Shown piece by piece: positions 1-8,251 of a stretch of DNA of 36,126 nucleotides. Both the position numbers and the translations under genes were made by a program. Under the pieces are notes generated by a model, which was not told where the DNA came from, made no database searches, and saw only the letters and a list, made by a program, of their open reading frames with translations. The DNA is from a virus. Its lineage: Duplodnaviria; Caudoviricetes. Within the stretch, counting starts at the first letter, position 1. Every line of letters begins with the position of its first letter. The stretch spans positions 1-36,126 of IMG/VR virus record IMGVR_UViG_3300033067_001276; one strand, given 5' to 3'.

Positions 1-8
1 TTAATGCA
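1..8. repeat. Terminal overlap TTAATGCA, also at 36119..36126
   Basis: Identical 8-mer at both ends; collapsing it restores the tape-measure reading frame. Confidence 0.85.
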
Positions 9-470
9 CTTGAAGCTTTGGGGCAAAAGATTCGTAACTGGGTTGAGCCTATTAGAGAAATCTTCGCTTCACTATGGGAAGGCGTAAAAAATGTTGCTTT
101 AAGCGTGTTCGATTCTGTCAAAGCGGTTATTGCCGACACGCTGAACTGGATTATCGCCAAAATTAACAAGGTACTAGGGTTCGTCAATATGGTTGTACAG
201 GCTGGTTCAAAAATCACTGGTATTAGCACACCTGAAATCCCGCAAATCCCTATGCTTGCGGATGGTGGTATTGTGAACAAGCCAACCCTTGCCATGATTG
301 GAGAAGCAGGACCTGAAGCCGTTGTGCCTCTTTCCCGTGGACGAAACTACGGTGTGGGAGGACAAAACCTTACTATCATTGTAAACGGTGATGTTACTGG
401 CGAAGACCTTATCGAACGCATTGGACGTGAACTTACTCGCACCGTCAAAATGTCTACTGCAACTGTATGA
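1..470 (+). CDS. Tape measure protein, C-terminal part (continues from 34315..36126 across the circular junction)
   Basis: After removing the 8-nt terminal overlap, ...ATA TTT AAT GCA|CTT GAA GCT TTG GGG joins the 18..470 frame. Contains the PMLADGGIV..PTLAMIGEAGPEAVVPL motif typical of tape-measure C-termini. Confidence 0.9.
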   Translation, partial: NALEALGQKIRNWVEPIREIFASLWEGVKNVALSVFDSVKAVIADTLNWIIAKINKVLGFVNMVVQAGSKITGISTPEIPQIPMLADGGIVNKPTLAMIGEAGPEAVVPLSRGRNYGVGGQNLTIIVNGDVTGEDLIERIGRELTRTVKMSTATV

Positions 471-2875
471 TGCTTTACGAGATTAACGGAACGGATAGAA
501 CGGCTGATGTTCAAGCAAACACTCTCAAAATCACAAACCAAATACAACAACGCACAGATAACGCCTCTTTCCGTGTTTTTCAGGGTACAAAACCTGTTGA
601 AAACCAAGATTTGCGTATTTTTGCTTATGCTCTTATTGCTTCTGCTACGGGAGCTACAATCGTTCTTAAAGACTCGTACCAAGTTGATGTTGAACGTTTC
701 CGTATAGGGCAAAGGCTCTTTATTCGCATTGGTGATGCAGATGAGGAGGTGTGCCATGTTTTGAGCTACACAGAAAGCACCCGTACAATCGTCCTTACAG
801 CATCACCTAGCGGAAGCGTTGCAGAAGATGACAAGATTGGCGTGCTTCTTTTTGGCGGTGTTATCTCTGGCGTAGAAGATGAAAACGTCGGGCAAATTAG
901 CGTTATTGAATACAACGTAACGGCGATTGACTATACAAAAATCTTTGACAAAAAGCTTGTATCTGATACTTGGGAAGACGTAGACGCAAGGTATATTATT
1001 AACGACTTTGTAAATACAACAGTAAATTACAATTCTACTGTTGATACTCTTTCGTATGCCGATAATACGGCTATTCAAGCGGAGTATACAGAATCGGGAG
1101 ACGGCTCGAATCCAACGGTAGATGCAGCCGACTATATGGAAGCTACGTCTTCCGCCGTGTTTTCTTGGGTATTTTCTGGCGGTACAGCCACGTTTAGCGG
1201 TACGCCAACGGCAAGAGACGTTTCCGTTCTTACGGGTGCATCTACGGGGCAACCATTGGAAGGCGAGTTGATGCTTTGGTTAAAGACTACTGATTTTGCT
1301 GACATAACGTCTTTGACCGTTCGTATTGGTTCAGATGCTTCAAACTATCTTGCGTTGCCTATTACGCTAGAAAACACAACCGACTGGCAATATTGCAAGG
1401 TCAAGCTACCGAGTGGAACGGCTACGGGAACACCTGATTGGACGGCATTAGATTATTGCGCCTTTGTTATTGCTGAAACAGCAAACGGAACTATCCGTGT
1501 AAATGGCTTGCGTGTAAATCAAACTGGAAGCTTCACCCTTTTTAACGTTGAATCAACAAACATTTTTAGTGAGTTTCGTGCGCCTTCCTTAAAACCGTCG
1601 GCTATTGTTAATACGCTTGCTAAGTCTTTTGCGTATTCTTGGTATGTTGATTATGAGCGAGACATTCATTTTTTCGTCCAAGCAAACGAGCCTGCACCGT
1701 TTGAAATAACCTCTAGCGGTGAAAACTTTGACGATTTAAGTATTGACGTTGATGCTTCACAGCTTGGCAACCGTATTTTAGTAAGAGGCGGAGAAAAAAC
1801 TTCTTCTGCAAGATATTCACAGGTTATCCAAGGCAATAATGCTTCTCGTGAATGGGTGCTGAAATCGAAGTTTAACGGTCTATCTTTAAGCGTAGACGAT
1901 GGAGGCACTACGTCGTCGGCAGAAGTTGGCACAACAACCACAAACATTCGCATAACTGGACACCCTCTTGCTACGGGAGACCATATTATTAACCGCACAC
2001 GTTCAAACACAGTACGCCAAGTAACATATGTTGACGCAAACAACGTAAGCGTAGAAGCTATCCCATCACAAACAAATGGCGATACTATTAGCTTCTTTGC
2101 TTCCGTGGCAACAGTAGGCGTTGAAGGTCTTACAGACGAAACAACGGTAAACTATGTCGCCAATTCTAACGAAAAATCAGTAAGAGCCACAGAAACAACT
2201 GCAACACTTACCACGTCGCAATTTATCCGTTTTGAGTATAATGAGCGTTTACCGATTCAAGTACGCTATACGGATACATCGAGCTCTAACGCTTTAGCGG
2301 CTCTTGGCTTTGGGGACGGTATATTTGACCTTGACCCTATAACAGATAGAAATATAACTGATACAAATACCGCCATTGCCTTCGCGCAAGCAAAGGTACG
2401 AGATTACGCGAACCCAATTATCTCTGGTGGCTTTATCACGGATAAAGGCGGTCTAAAAGCTGGGCAACTTATCCGTATCAACGAAACAAACCGTGGGCTC
2501 GATGCTTATTACGTTATTCAAACAATAAGCATTACACAAAGAGGCGGAAACTTTAAAGATTATTTTATCTACAATGTAAAGTTTGGCACAACGCTTTTTG
2601 GATGGGTTGAGTTTATGCAAAAGCTTCTTGCACAAAAAGGAGGCATTGAAGTCAACCCTGACGAAGTAGTAGAGACATTCGTAACGGCAAACGAGGATAT
2701 AGAAACAAGCGAATCTTCTTCCGTAGCGAAAGGAGGATTCAAAAAAGCGACAAATACAGAAACGGCGGAAACGGCGGACGTTAACAATGTCGTTACAACG
2801 ACACCGCCTTGGCAATGGGAAGCTTCAACGGGTCAATCTCTTGCAACCCGTTGGAATCTCTTTGAGTTTGGCTAA
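467..2875 (+). CDS. Tail tip / baseplate hub-like minor tail protein (802 aa)
   Basis: Directly after tape measure with ATGA overlap. Hub-like motifs (LFGGVI, YSWYVDYERDIHFF, NRILVRGG, GLKAGQLI). Confidence 0.7.
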   Translation: MMLYEINGTDRTADVQANTLKITNQIQQRTDNASFRVFQGTKPVENQDLRIFAYALIASATGATIVLKDSYQVDVERFRIGQRLFIRIGDADEEVCHVLSYTESTRTIVLTASPSGSVAEDDKIGVLLFGGVISGVEDENVGQISVIEYNVTAIDYTKIFDKKLVSDTWEDVDARYIINDFVNTTVNYNSTVDTLSYADNTAIQAEYTESGDGSNPTVDAADYMEATSSAVFSWVFSGGTATFSGTPTARDVSVLTGASTGQPLEGELMLWLKTTDFADITSLTVRIGSDASNYLALPITLENTTDWQYCKVKLPSGTATGTPDWTALDYCAFVIAETANGTIRVNGLRVNQTGSFTLFNVESTNIFSEFRAPSLKPSAIVNTLAKSFAYSWYVDYERDIHFFVQANEPAPFEITSSGENFDDLSIDVDASQLGNRILVRGGEKTSSARYSQVIQGNNASREWVLKSKFNGLSLSVDDGGTTSSAEVGTTTTNIRITGHPLATGDHIINRTRSNTVRQVTYVDANNVSVEAIPSQTNGDTISFFASVATVGVEGLTDETTVNYVANSNEKSVRATETTATLTTSQFIRFEYNERLPIQVRYTDTSSSNALAALGFGDGIFDLDPITDRNITDTNTAIAFAQAKVRDYANPIISGGFITDKGGLKAGQLIRINETNRGLDAYYVIQTISITQRGGNFKDYFIYNVKFGTTLFGWVEFMQKLLAQKGGIEVNPDEVVETFVTANEDIETSESSSVAKGGFKKATNTETAETADVNNVVTTTPPWQWEASTGQSLATRWNLFEFG

Positions 2876-3369
2876 TTATAACGGTGAGCCTTTCCATGGC
2901 ACGCTTGACATAGCCAAATAACTGATGTTGGCTTTAGATAGTCATAATGATGACCGTGTATCTGATGTTTAGGGAATTGCTTGTTGCATTCACTGCAAAA
3001 ATCTGGTTTAAGTATATTTCCAAGTGCTATTGCGTTACGTAATGTTATCCGAGCTTTTTGCTTTTTTGGCTCTTTAAGCTTGTACATTTTTTCGTATTCT
3101 TTTCGCTCAGTTGTTTTTGTTTTTTTCAGTAAACGTTTTTTATTTTCTGAATACCATTTTCTTTGATAGGCACGAATATGTGCTCTATTGTTTGAAGACC
3201 ATGCACGCATCGATTCTTTTACGTGTTCTCTGTTGGTGATTTTCCAGATTCTTACTCGGTTATTAAGGCAAGTCTTACATTCTGGTCGTGTATATTTGCT
3301 ACCACGTCTCGTTTCAATGTAGAATGATAATATCGGTAGTAATTTGAGGCATCTTGTGCATGTTTTCAT
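2872..3369 (-). CDS. HNH endonuclease (homing type) with N-terminal CxxC motifs
   Basis: CTRC and CKTC motifs, basic helical linker, C-terminal CSEC..HGHHYDY..WLCQACH. Antisense within the tail operon. Confidence 0.8.
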   Translation of the reverse strand: MKTCTRCLKLLPILSFYIETRRGSKYTRPECKTCLNNRVRIWKITNREHVKESMRAWSSNNRAHIRAYQRKWYSENKKRLLKKTKTTERKEYEKMYKLKEPKKQKARITLRNAIALGNILKPDFCSECNKQFPKHQIHGHHYDYLKPTSVIWLCQACHGKAHRYN

Positions 3370-3375
3370 GGTTAA

Positions 3376-3384
3376 ATAATATCA
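3376..3384 (-). promoter_or_regulatory. Extended -10 promoter (TGATATTAT) for a leaderless HNH transcript
   Basis: TGnTAnnnT lies 6 nt upstream of the ATG at 3369. Confidence 0.5.
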
Positions 3385-3397
3385 AATAGTTTCCATT

Positions 3398-4081
3398 ATG
3401 GAAATAAACTTAACACAAGCATCAAAAACAAAGGTTAAGGGAGTGCATATTCTCAATCTTTGTCGTGTAGAAACTGAAAAAGCCCATAAAATGCAGGCTT
3501 TTCTTGGAAAATCAGCAGAAAATCGTACGAGCATTTTGCGCTTTGTTGAGAAAAAAGCTCTTGAAATCTTAAATCAAGGCGGAACGCTTCTTGACGTTGC
3601 TTCTTGGAGAAAAGAAGGTGAGGCTCTTCTTCTTGCTCATCATGCACAATATCAAGAGGTTTTGCGTGAGTTTAATAAGCTCTTCTTGCGTAAGCAAACG
3701 TGTGTTGAAAACGTAACATGTACGGTTGGGCGTAGCGTGCTTATGCAACGTTTGGCTGGCATCACAACATATTCTGGTACGGTAAGCCACGGATTATTGG
3801 GAACAAGTGCCACAGCACCAACGATTGGCGATACGCAACTGGGCGCGGAAACATACCGAAAAGCGTTATCTGACGGTACGTTTGCGTCTAACGTTGCATA
3901 CCTCGAAAACTTCTACACAACTACGGAAGTAAACGGAACTTTTGAAGAATACGGATTTGTGATTGATGGAACGGGTACGGCAAACACGGGTCAATTGTTC
4001 AACCGCTTTACTACAACAACCGTAAAATCAGCATTAGAGAGTCTAAACGTACAAAGTACGATTACTTGTAACGACGCTTAA
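3398..4081 (+). CDS. Putative minor tail protein
   Basis: Tail-module position; GTSATAPTIGDTQLGAE and FEEYGF motifs resemble tail-collar/fibre N-terminal domains. Confidence 0.55.
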   Translation: MEINLTQASKTKVKGVHILNLCRVETEKAHKMQAFLGKSAENRTSILRFVEKKALEILNQGGTLLDVASWRKEGEALLLAHHAQYQEVLREFNKLFLRKQTCVENVTCTVGRSVLMQRLAGITTYSGTVSHGLLGTSATAPTIGDTQLGAETYRKALSDGTFASNVAYLENFYTTTEVNGTFEEYGFVIDGTGTANTGQLFNRFTTTTVKSALESLNVQSTITCNDA

Positions 4082-4082
4082 T

Positions 4083-5366
4083 ATGCAATCTGCTACAACT
4101 TCTGCTGGCGCAACAGCTCTTGCGACGCAATACAACAACTTGCGTTTAGATGTGCTTCTTGGAGGTGATTATGCCACTTCTGGTGGTTCTGCTGACGTAC
4201 AAACGCTTTCATTAGATGCGCAAATCACGTCGTATGTTAACGGAATGCTTGTGCATTTTCGCTCTGGTTTTACCACAACGACACGAACACCAACGCTAAA
4301 CATCAACAGTATCGGAGCAAAAACAATGAAGAAGTTTGACCGTTCTGCTTTGTTTGTTGGTGAAATTATTGCAAATGCAAGCGTTATTGCAGTTTATGAT
4401 TCAACTGACGATTCATTTTTAATTTTATCGAATACCGATAAAGACACGCCTCCTTACGGTGATGAATCCGACGGCTCATTAAGTATTACAAGCGGTACAA
4501 CAACGCTAAATGAATCAACGAGGAACGTTTATCAATATAAAGACGTTTCAATTACAGGAACTGGTGCGCTAGCTATTGGTTCAAACCATCAAAATAAGCG
4601 TGTATTTATTCTTGTAAACGGTGATTTAACCGTTACTTCTTCAACAAACCCCGCCGTTGATGGTCGTGGTCGTGGTGGCTCTGGTGCCACGGGTGCGATA
4701 TCTCATTCAGCAGTAAATGGTACGGCTGGTAAAGGAATACAAAAAGTATCTTCTAGCGGTGGTATTGGTGGGTCAACTTCTACTGGCCCTGCAACGTTTA
4801 ATGCTCCTGGTGGTGGCGGTGGTGCATCTTGTGTAACGGCTGGTTCTACTGGCGAAAACGGTTCAGGTGGTACAGGCATGGTCGCTGGCGTTGGTGGCGG
4901 AACTGGCTTGCTTGTCGGTGCAACGTCTTCTTCGCCAATTAATCTTTCGCATTGGCTAGATATTCTTGGTTGTGGTGATGGTGGTGGTGCTGGTTGTGGC
5001 TCTACGGGCGGTTCTCGTGCTGGCGGTGATGGTGGTGCTGGCGGTGGTTGTATTATTTTTCTCGTCCGTGGAAACATTAATATAACGTCAACATTTAATG
5101 TTAGCGGGTCAAATGGCTCTGATGGAACAAATAATGGTTCAAACTATTATACTGGTGGCGGTGGTGGCGGTGGTGGTGGTTCGTTAGGAATCTTTTATAA
5201 AGGTTCTGTAACAGCTAACACTGCAACGCTAACAGTTTCTGGCGGTTCTGGTGGATTAAACGCTCTTGGAAGTCCAGGAACTGGTGATGGTGGTGCTGGT
5301 GGTGCTGGCATTGCATTGGTTAAACAAATTGAAGTGCTATCGTTCCACTTTCTTGTAAACGGTTAA
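4083..5366 (+). CDS. Glycine-rich tail fibre / receptor-binding protein
   Basis: N-terminal TLNINSIGAKT fibre motif, long GGGGGxG runs, last gene of the tail module. Confidence 0.7.
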   Translation: MQSATTSAGATALATQYNNLRLDVLLGGDYATSGGSADVQTLSLDAQITSYVNGMLVHFRSGFTTTTRTPTLNINSIGAKTMKKFDRSALFVGEIIANASVIAVYDSTDDSFLILSNTDKDTPPYGDESDGSLSITSGTTTLNESTRNVYQYKDVSITGTGALAIGSNHQNKRVFILVNGDLTVTSSTNPAVDGRGRGGSGATGAISHSAVNGTAGKGIQKVSSSGGIGGSTSTGPATFNAPGGGGGASCVTAGSTGENGSGGTGMVAGVGGGTGLLVGATSSSPINLSHWLDILGCGDGGGAGCGSTGGSRAGGDGGAGGGCIIFLVRGNINITSTFNVSGSNGSDGTNNGSNYYTGGGGGGGGGSLGIFYKGSVTANTATLTVSGGSGGLNALGSPGTGDGGAGGAGIALVKQIEVLSFHFLVNG

Positions 5367-5369
5367 TCT

Positions 5370-5392
5370 AAAAAGCCCAAAGGGGCTTTTTT
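5370..5392. terminator. Bidirectional intrinsic terminator
   Basis: AAAAAGCCC-AAAG-GGGCTTTTTT between the convergent tail and accessory blocks. Confidence 0.8.
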
Positions 5393-5640
5393 GGTAGCCA
5401 AAATCCCCGTAAGGGGATTTGCGATGTATCGATACATCAACCCGCTCGTTCGTGTTCCGAGAGAGTAGGCTACGCATGGCTGAAACGACGAGCGAGCAAA
5501 GGCAAGAAGAATCACCTCGCATATCTTTTCAAAACTAGTATAACACAAAACACGCTAGACGTATCCAGCGTGTTCGTGTTTCTCATAAGGTTTAGGGCTT
5601 TCGCCCATGATGTGCGAGAACACACCCCCGATAAGGCTTC
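5393..5640 (-). ncRNA. Putative small structured RNA(s)
   Basis: Non-coding gap with several hairpins, downstream of a minus-strand sigma70 promoter. Confidence 0.4.
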
Positions 5641-5643
5641 GCT

Positions 5644-5672
5644 ATCTTACATGATAGTCGTGTGGTTGTCAA
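5644..5672 (-). promoter_or_regulatory. Sigma70-type promoter TTGACA-17-TAAGAT
   Basis: Reverse complement reads TTGACA accacacgactatcatg TAAGAT. Confidence 0.65.
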
Positions 5673-5797
5673 GTGTAAAAGTCTATCTCATCTTTGCCAA
5701 CGGCACGGGCGTAGGCATTGCGTAGACTGACATACGAACAAAAGCCCGCCATGAAGCTAATCGAAACAATGATAGCAAGAAGTAAAAGTGGGTGCAT
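5669..5797 (-). CDS. Small membrane protein (42 aa, MHPLLLLAIIVSISFMAGF...)
   Basis: Translated by hand; starts 2 nt after the upstream stop; one hydrophobic segment. Confidence 0.55.
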   Translation of the reverse strand: MHPLLLLAIIVSISFMAGFCSYVSLRNAYARAVGKDEIDFYT

Positions 5798-5799
5798 AT

Positions 5800-6006
5800 T
5801 TATCGCCAAGCTCTATCAAGGTCTAGCTCGCTTTCCGCAAGCAATACGCTTGTTCTATGGAAGGCTATAAAAGAGGGTTTAAGCTCTTCCCATGTTATGC
5901 GCTTTTCGCTAAAGGCTTTTTGCATCTCGTCGTGTATTTTTTCGAGGCGGTTCTTTTCTTCACGAAGGGTCTTCACACGTTCTTGAAGCTCTTGTTTGGT
6001 TTGCAT
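5800..6006 (-). CDS. Hypothetical coiled-coil protein
   Basis: ATG ORF tiling the leftward operon. Confidence 0.65.
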   Translation of the reverse strand: MQTKQELQERVKTLREEKNRLEKIHDEMQKAFSEKRITWEELKPSFIAFHRTSVLLAESELDLDRAWR

Positions 6007-6024
6007 AAGTGTAAATAAGAAAAT

Positions 6025-6231
6025 CTATGTTTTCAGTTTCAGCTCTTTTAGACGCTCCTCCGCTTTGAGCAGCCTCCCTGCGTAGTAGTCCGCTCGTGTG
6101 AGGTATTTATCTCGTGGAAACCCTGTTCTCCACGCCTTATGGTACTCGTCTAGCGACTGGTCGATTATTTCCTTACAACGGTCAACGTAGGCTTCTAGCT
6201 TAGAGGGTGTAGAACAAAGAGGAAAGTGCAT
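6025..6231 (-). CDS. Hypothetical protein
   Basis: ORF track gives 6025..6288 with a TTG start; the ATG at 6231 is preferred but the start is uncertain. Confidence 0.55.
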   Translation of the reverse strand: MHFPLCSTPSKLEAYVDRCKEIIDQSLDEYHKAWRTGFPRDKYLTRADYYAGRLLKAEERLKELKLKT

Positions 6232-6321
6232 AAGGGACGGATATAAACCAACTGGCTTGTTTTGTTGGTATTGGGAAAAAGATGCCAACGGATCTTTACT
6301 AAGGCGTTTTATAGTTAAGGT

Positions 6322-6717
6322 TTATGAAGCGCGTTTTTTTAGCGCGATACAATAGACCAAGCCAATACCTTCGATTTCCGTTTTTGTAACGGGGTATTTT
6401 TTTTCGAGGGATTCTGGTTCTATCTTATAGATTCTCATAAACGCCATAGCATTGATTACCGTATATATCCTATCGCCTTGCTTTTGCTTCACTAATCTTA
6501 CACTTTCCGTTGCATGGTCGCCACTTAAGAAGTGAAATGCGATAACCTTTTGGTTGTCGTCAAAGTATAAATCTGCATGGCTGAACTGCTCTAGATTTTC
6601 TTCTTTGTAAAAGAGAGGCGGTATGCCAAATGAGCGGTTTGGGCGTATGGAAATGTCTCTCGTCCCACGCCCTTTTACTTCAGTAAACTTTTTCAGGCTA
6701 AGTTTTTGGATATTCAT
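6322..6717 (-). CDS. Hypothetical protein (131 aa, beta-rich, possibly nucleic-acid binding)
   Basis: ATG ORF after an AT-rich leader; no confident family. Confidence 0.7.
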   Translation of the reverse strand: MNIQKLSLKKFTEVKGRGTRDISIRPNRSFGIPPLFYKEENLEQFSHADLYFDDNQKVIAFHFLSGDHATESVRLVKQKQGDRIYTVINAMAFMRIYKIEPESLEKKYPVTKTEIEGIGLVYCIALKKRAS

Positions 6718-6739
6718 AAAAGGTTCAATCTAGTTAGAA

Positions 6740-6763
6740 GCACGCCCTTATAGGTGGGCGTGC
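6740..6763 (-). terminator. GC-rich hairpin closing the SD-led cassette
   Basis: GCACGCCC-8nt-GGGCGTGC with a weak U-tract on the minus strand. Confidence 0.5.
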
Positions 6764-6820
6764 AGGCACCTCGTATCTTTCTTGCCGTTAGGCATGGCGT
6801 ATTCCGCCAGTGGTTGAGGT

Positions 6821-7072
6821 TTACGGGACGTGAGACCCGTTTGCGTCATAGCCGCCGAGAGCGGCGAGCTGTGCCTTGTCCACGTCAAGCGCATGGCCAA
6901 AGCAAGAAAGGAAGTTGATGCGTGAGAGCTTGATGCGCAACCAGCCGTCGCCCGTCCACGCATTGATTGTGAGGTTAGGGCAGAGGTAGGCGAGAGCTTG
7001 AAGCTGGGGAATGCCCTTGTGCGTGAGGTCGGGGAAGTCGAGCGTCCCGTATCCTTCGACGTGGAGCTTCAT
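6821..7072 (-). CDS. Hypothetical protein (83 aa, MKLHVEGYG...)
   Basis: TGATG coupling with the upstream stop at 7072..7074; the longer 7339 start is likely spurious. Confidence 0.65.
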   Translation of the reverse strand: MKLHVEGYGTLDFPDLTHKGIPQLQALAYLCPNLTINAWTGDGWLRIKLSRINFLSCFGHALDVDKAQLAALGGYDANGSHVP

Positions 7073-7242
7073 CAGTTTTCCAGCCTGCGGTTGTGGACAA
7101 TCTTCATGTGGACGAAGTCGCACTCGGTGTCGGCGAGCACCACCTTCGCACCGTCCATGGTAACGACCCAAATCTTGATGTACGTCGTTTCGTTCTTGTC
7201 GTAGAACTCGACGTGCATTTCCTTCATCTCGTCCTTGTTCAT
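7072..7242 (-). CDS. Hypothetical protein (56 aa, MNKDEMKEMHVEF...)
   Basis: GGAAGGAG SD 7 nt upstream; ATGA overlap with the preceding gene. Confidence 0.65.
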   Translation of the reverse strand: MNKDEMKEMHVEFYDKNETTYIKIWVVTMDGAKVVLADTECDFVHMKIVHNRRLEN

Positions 7243-7487
7243 TTGCATGCTCCTTCCAGATAGCGGATGAGTGCCGTATAGGCGGGGTCTTCCGTGAGAT
7301 AGCGAGAGTCGGTAGGACCGAACTCTTGCAAGAGGGCAAGAGCCATCTCGCACAGGGTCATATTCCCCCACAGGGCGTGGATGAGAACGTGCCGCTTGCG
7401 CAAGGTAACCTTGCGGTTCCACGCCTTCCACTTGTAGAGCGGGAAGCGTGAGGTAGGCAGCCAATGATGCGTGTCGGTGGTCTTCAC
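7239..7487 (-). CDS. Small His-rich HNH-like protein (82 aa)
   Basis: GTGA overlap start; pattern THHWLPTSR..N...L..RH..IHALWGN. Confidence 0.55.
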   Translation of the reverse strand: MKTTDTHHWLPTSRFPLYKWKAWNRKVTLRKRHVLIHALWGNMTLCEMALALLQEFGPTDSRYLTEDPAYTALIRYLEGACK

Positions 7488-7558
7488 GGATGGTTTCCGT
7501 ACTTCATCCACACAACACAGAACCCGATGAGAAAGAAGATGAATGCCGTCGTGTACAT
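7484..7558 (-). CDS. 24-aa hydrophobic peptide MYTTAFIFFLIGFCVVWMKYGNHP
   Basis: AGGAGG 5 nt upstream; stop overlaps the next start; one TM-like segment. Confidence 0.6.
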   Translation of the reverse strand: MYTTAFIFFLIGFCVVWMKYGNHP

Positions 7559-7850
7559 GGTGTCCTCCTTTGTGGGCGTATCCCACTGGAGGCGAGCGAT
7601 GATGTGGGTACACGGTGATACCTCTTACGAGATAAAACTTCCACACCATCACACGCCTTCAGCGAGAGCCAAGGGACTTGCACCCTTGAGCGACCTTGTA
7701 GCGTATACGTCCCTAGTAGAGGGGCGGGAGTACCGACTCGTTTTGTCTACTTCGCTTGCGGTTTCCCGCATTCGCTAGGTAACACGATATCTAGCAAATG
7801 CGAGGGGGGAGAGATTCCCCCTGCGTGTCTTTCACCACTTCCGTGGCTTA
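7559..7850 (-). ncRNA. Long structured 5' leader / RNA element
   Basis: Several hairpins, including a T-loop-like arm CAAGGG-TGCAAGT-CCCTTG (7670..7688) and an SD-sequestering stem (7564..7592). Confidence 0.5.
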
Positions 7851-7855
7851 GACGT

Positions 7856-7864
7856 AGTATAGCA
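7856..7864 (-). promoter_or_regulatory. Extended -10 promoter TGCTATACT
   Basis: Located just after the upstream stop codon, ahead of the structured leader. Confidence 0.55.
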
Positions 7865-7874
7865 CATGGGCTAC

Positions 7875-8015
7875 TCAAGCCACGAGAATAGCTAGGAGTA
7901 TAGCGAGCAAGAGAGTGAGTATCGCGTGTATGATAGAGAAGATTACTAGCTGTATAACTGCCCTTTCTAGGCGATCGACGCGCTCATCGCGCTGTTCTTG
8001 TTCATTGGTTGTCAT
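7875..8015 (-). CDS. Small membrane protein (46 aa, MTTNEQEQRDERVDRLER...)
   Basis: ATGA overlap with 8012..8248; charged N-terminus and hydrophobic C-terminal helix. Confidence 0.6.
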   Translation of the reverse strand: MTTNEQEQRDERVDRLERAVIQLVIFSIIHAILTLLLAILLAILVA

Positions 8016-8248
8016 AGGGTTGTGAGACGATTAGCGTCTTTGTAGACGTTAGCGAGAATCTCGTTTTGCTCTTCCTTCGTGCGGTCGCTTAACTCGTATA
8101 AATCGTTGTAGTGCTTTTCGTACATTACTGTGAGAATGTCCTGATTTTCCTGCGTTTCTGCTAGACCCAGACGGTCTATAATCGTGCTTAGACTACGACA
8201 ATCTACGAGGTAGGAGATGAGATTTTGCATTTGTGTTTCTGTGAGCAT
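8012..8248 (-). CDS. Hypothetical protein
   Basis: ATG ORF tiling the operon. Confidence 0.65.
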   Translation of the reverse strand: MLTETQMQNLISYLVDCRSLSTIIDRLGLAETQENQDILTVMYEKHYNDLYELSDRTKEEQNEILANVYKDANRLTTL

Positions 8249-8251
8249 ACA

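Noticed and set aside
4650-5320. Diversity-generating retroelement target or other repeat element in the fibre gene
   Set aside because: No reverse transcriptase and no template/variable repeat pair seen; the GGT runs simply encode polyglycine.
6821-7652. Long overlapping ORF calls (172, 130 and 137 aa)
   Set aside because: Internal starts with SD sites and stop/start overlaps give a cleaner non-overlapping set.
7655-7760. Possible second tRNA around the T-loop-like arm
   Set aside because: No clean acceptor, D or anticodon arms and no CCA; kept only as part of the structured leader.
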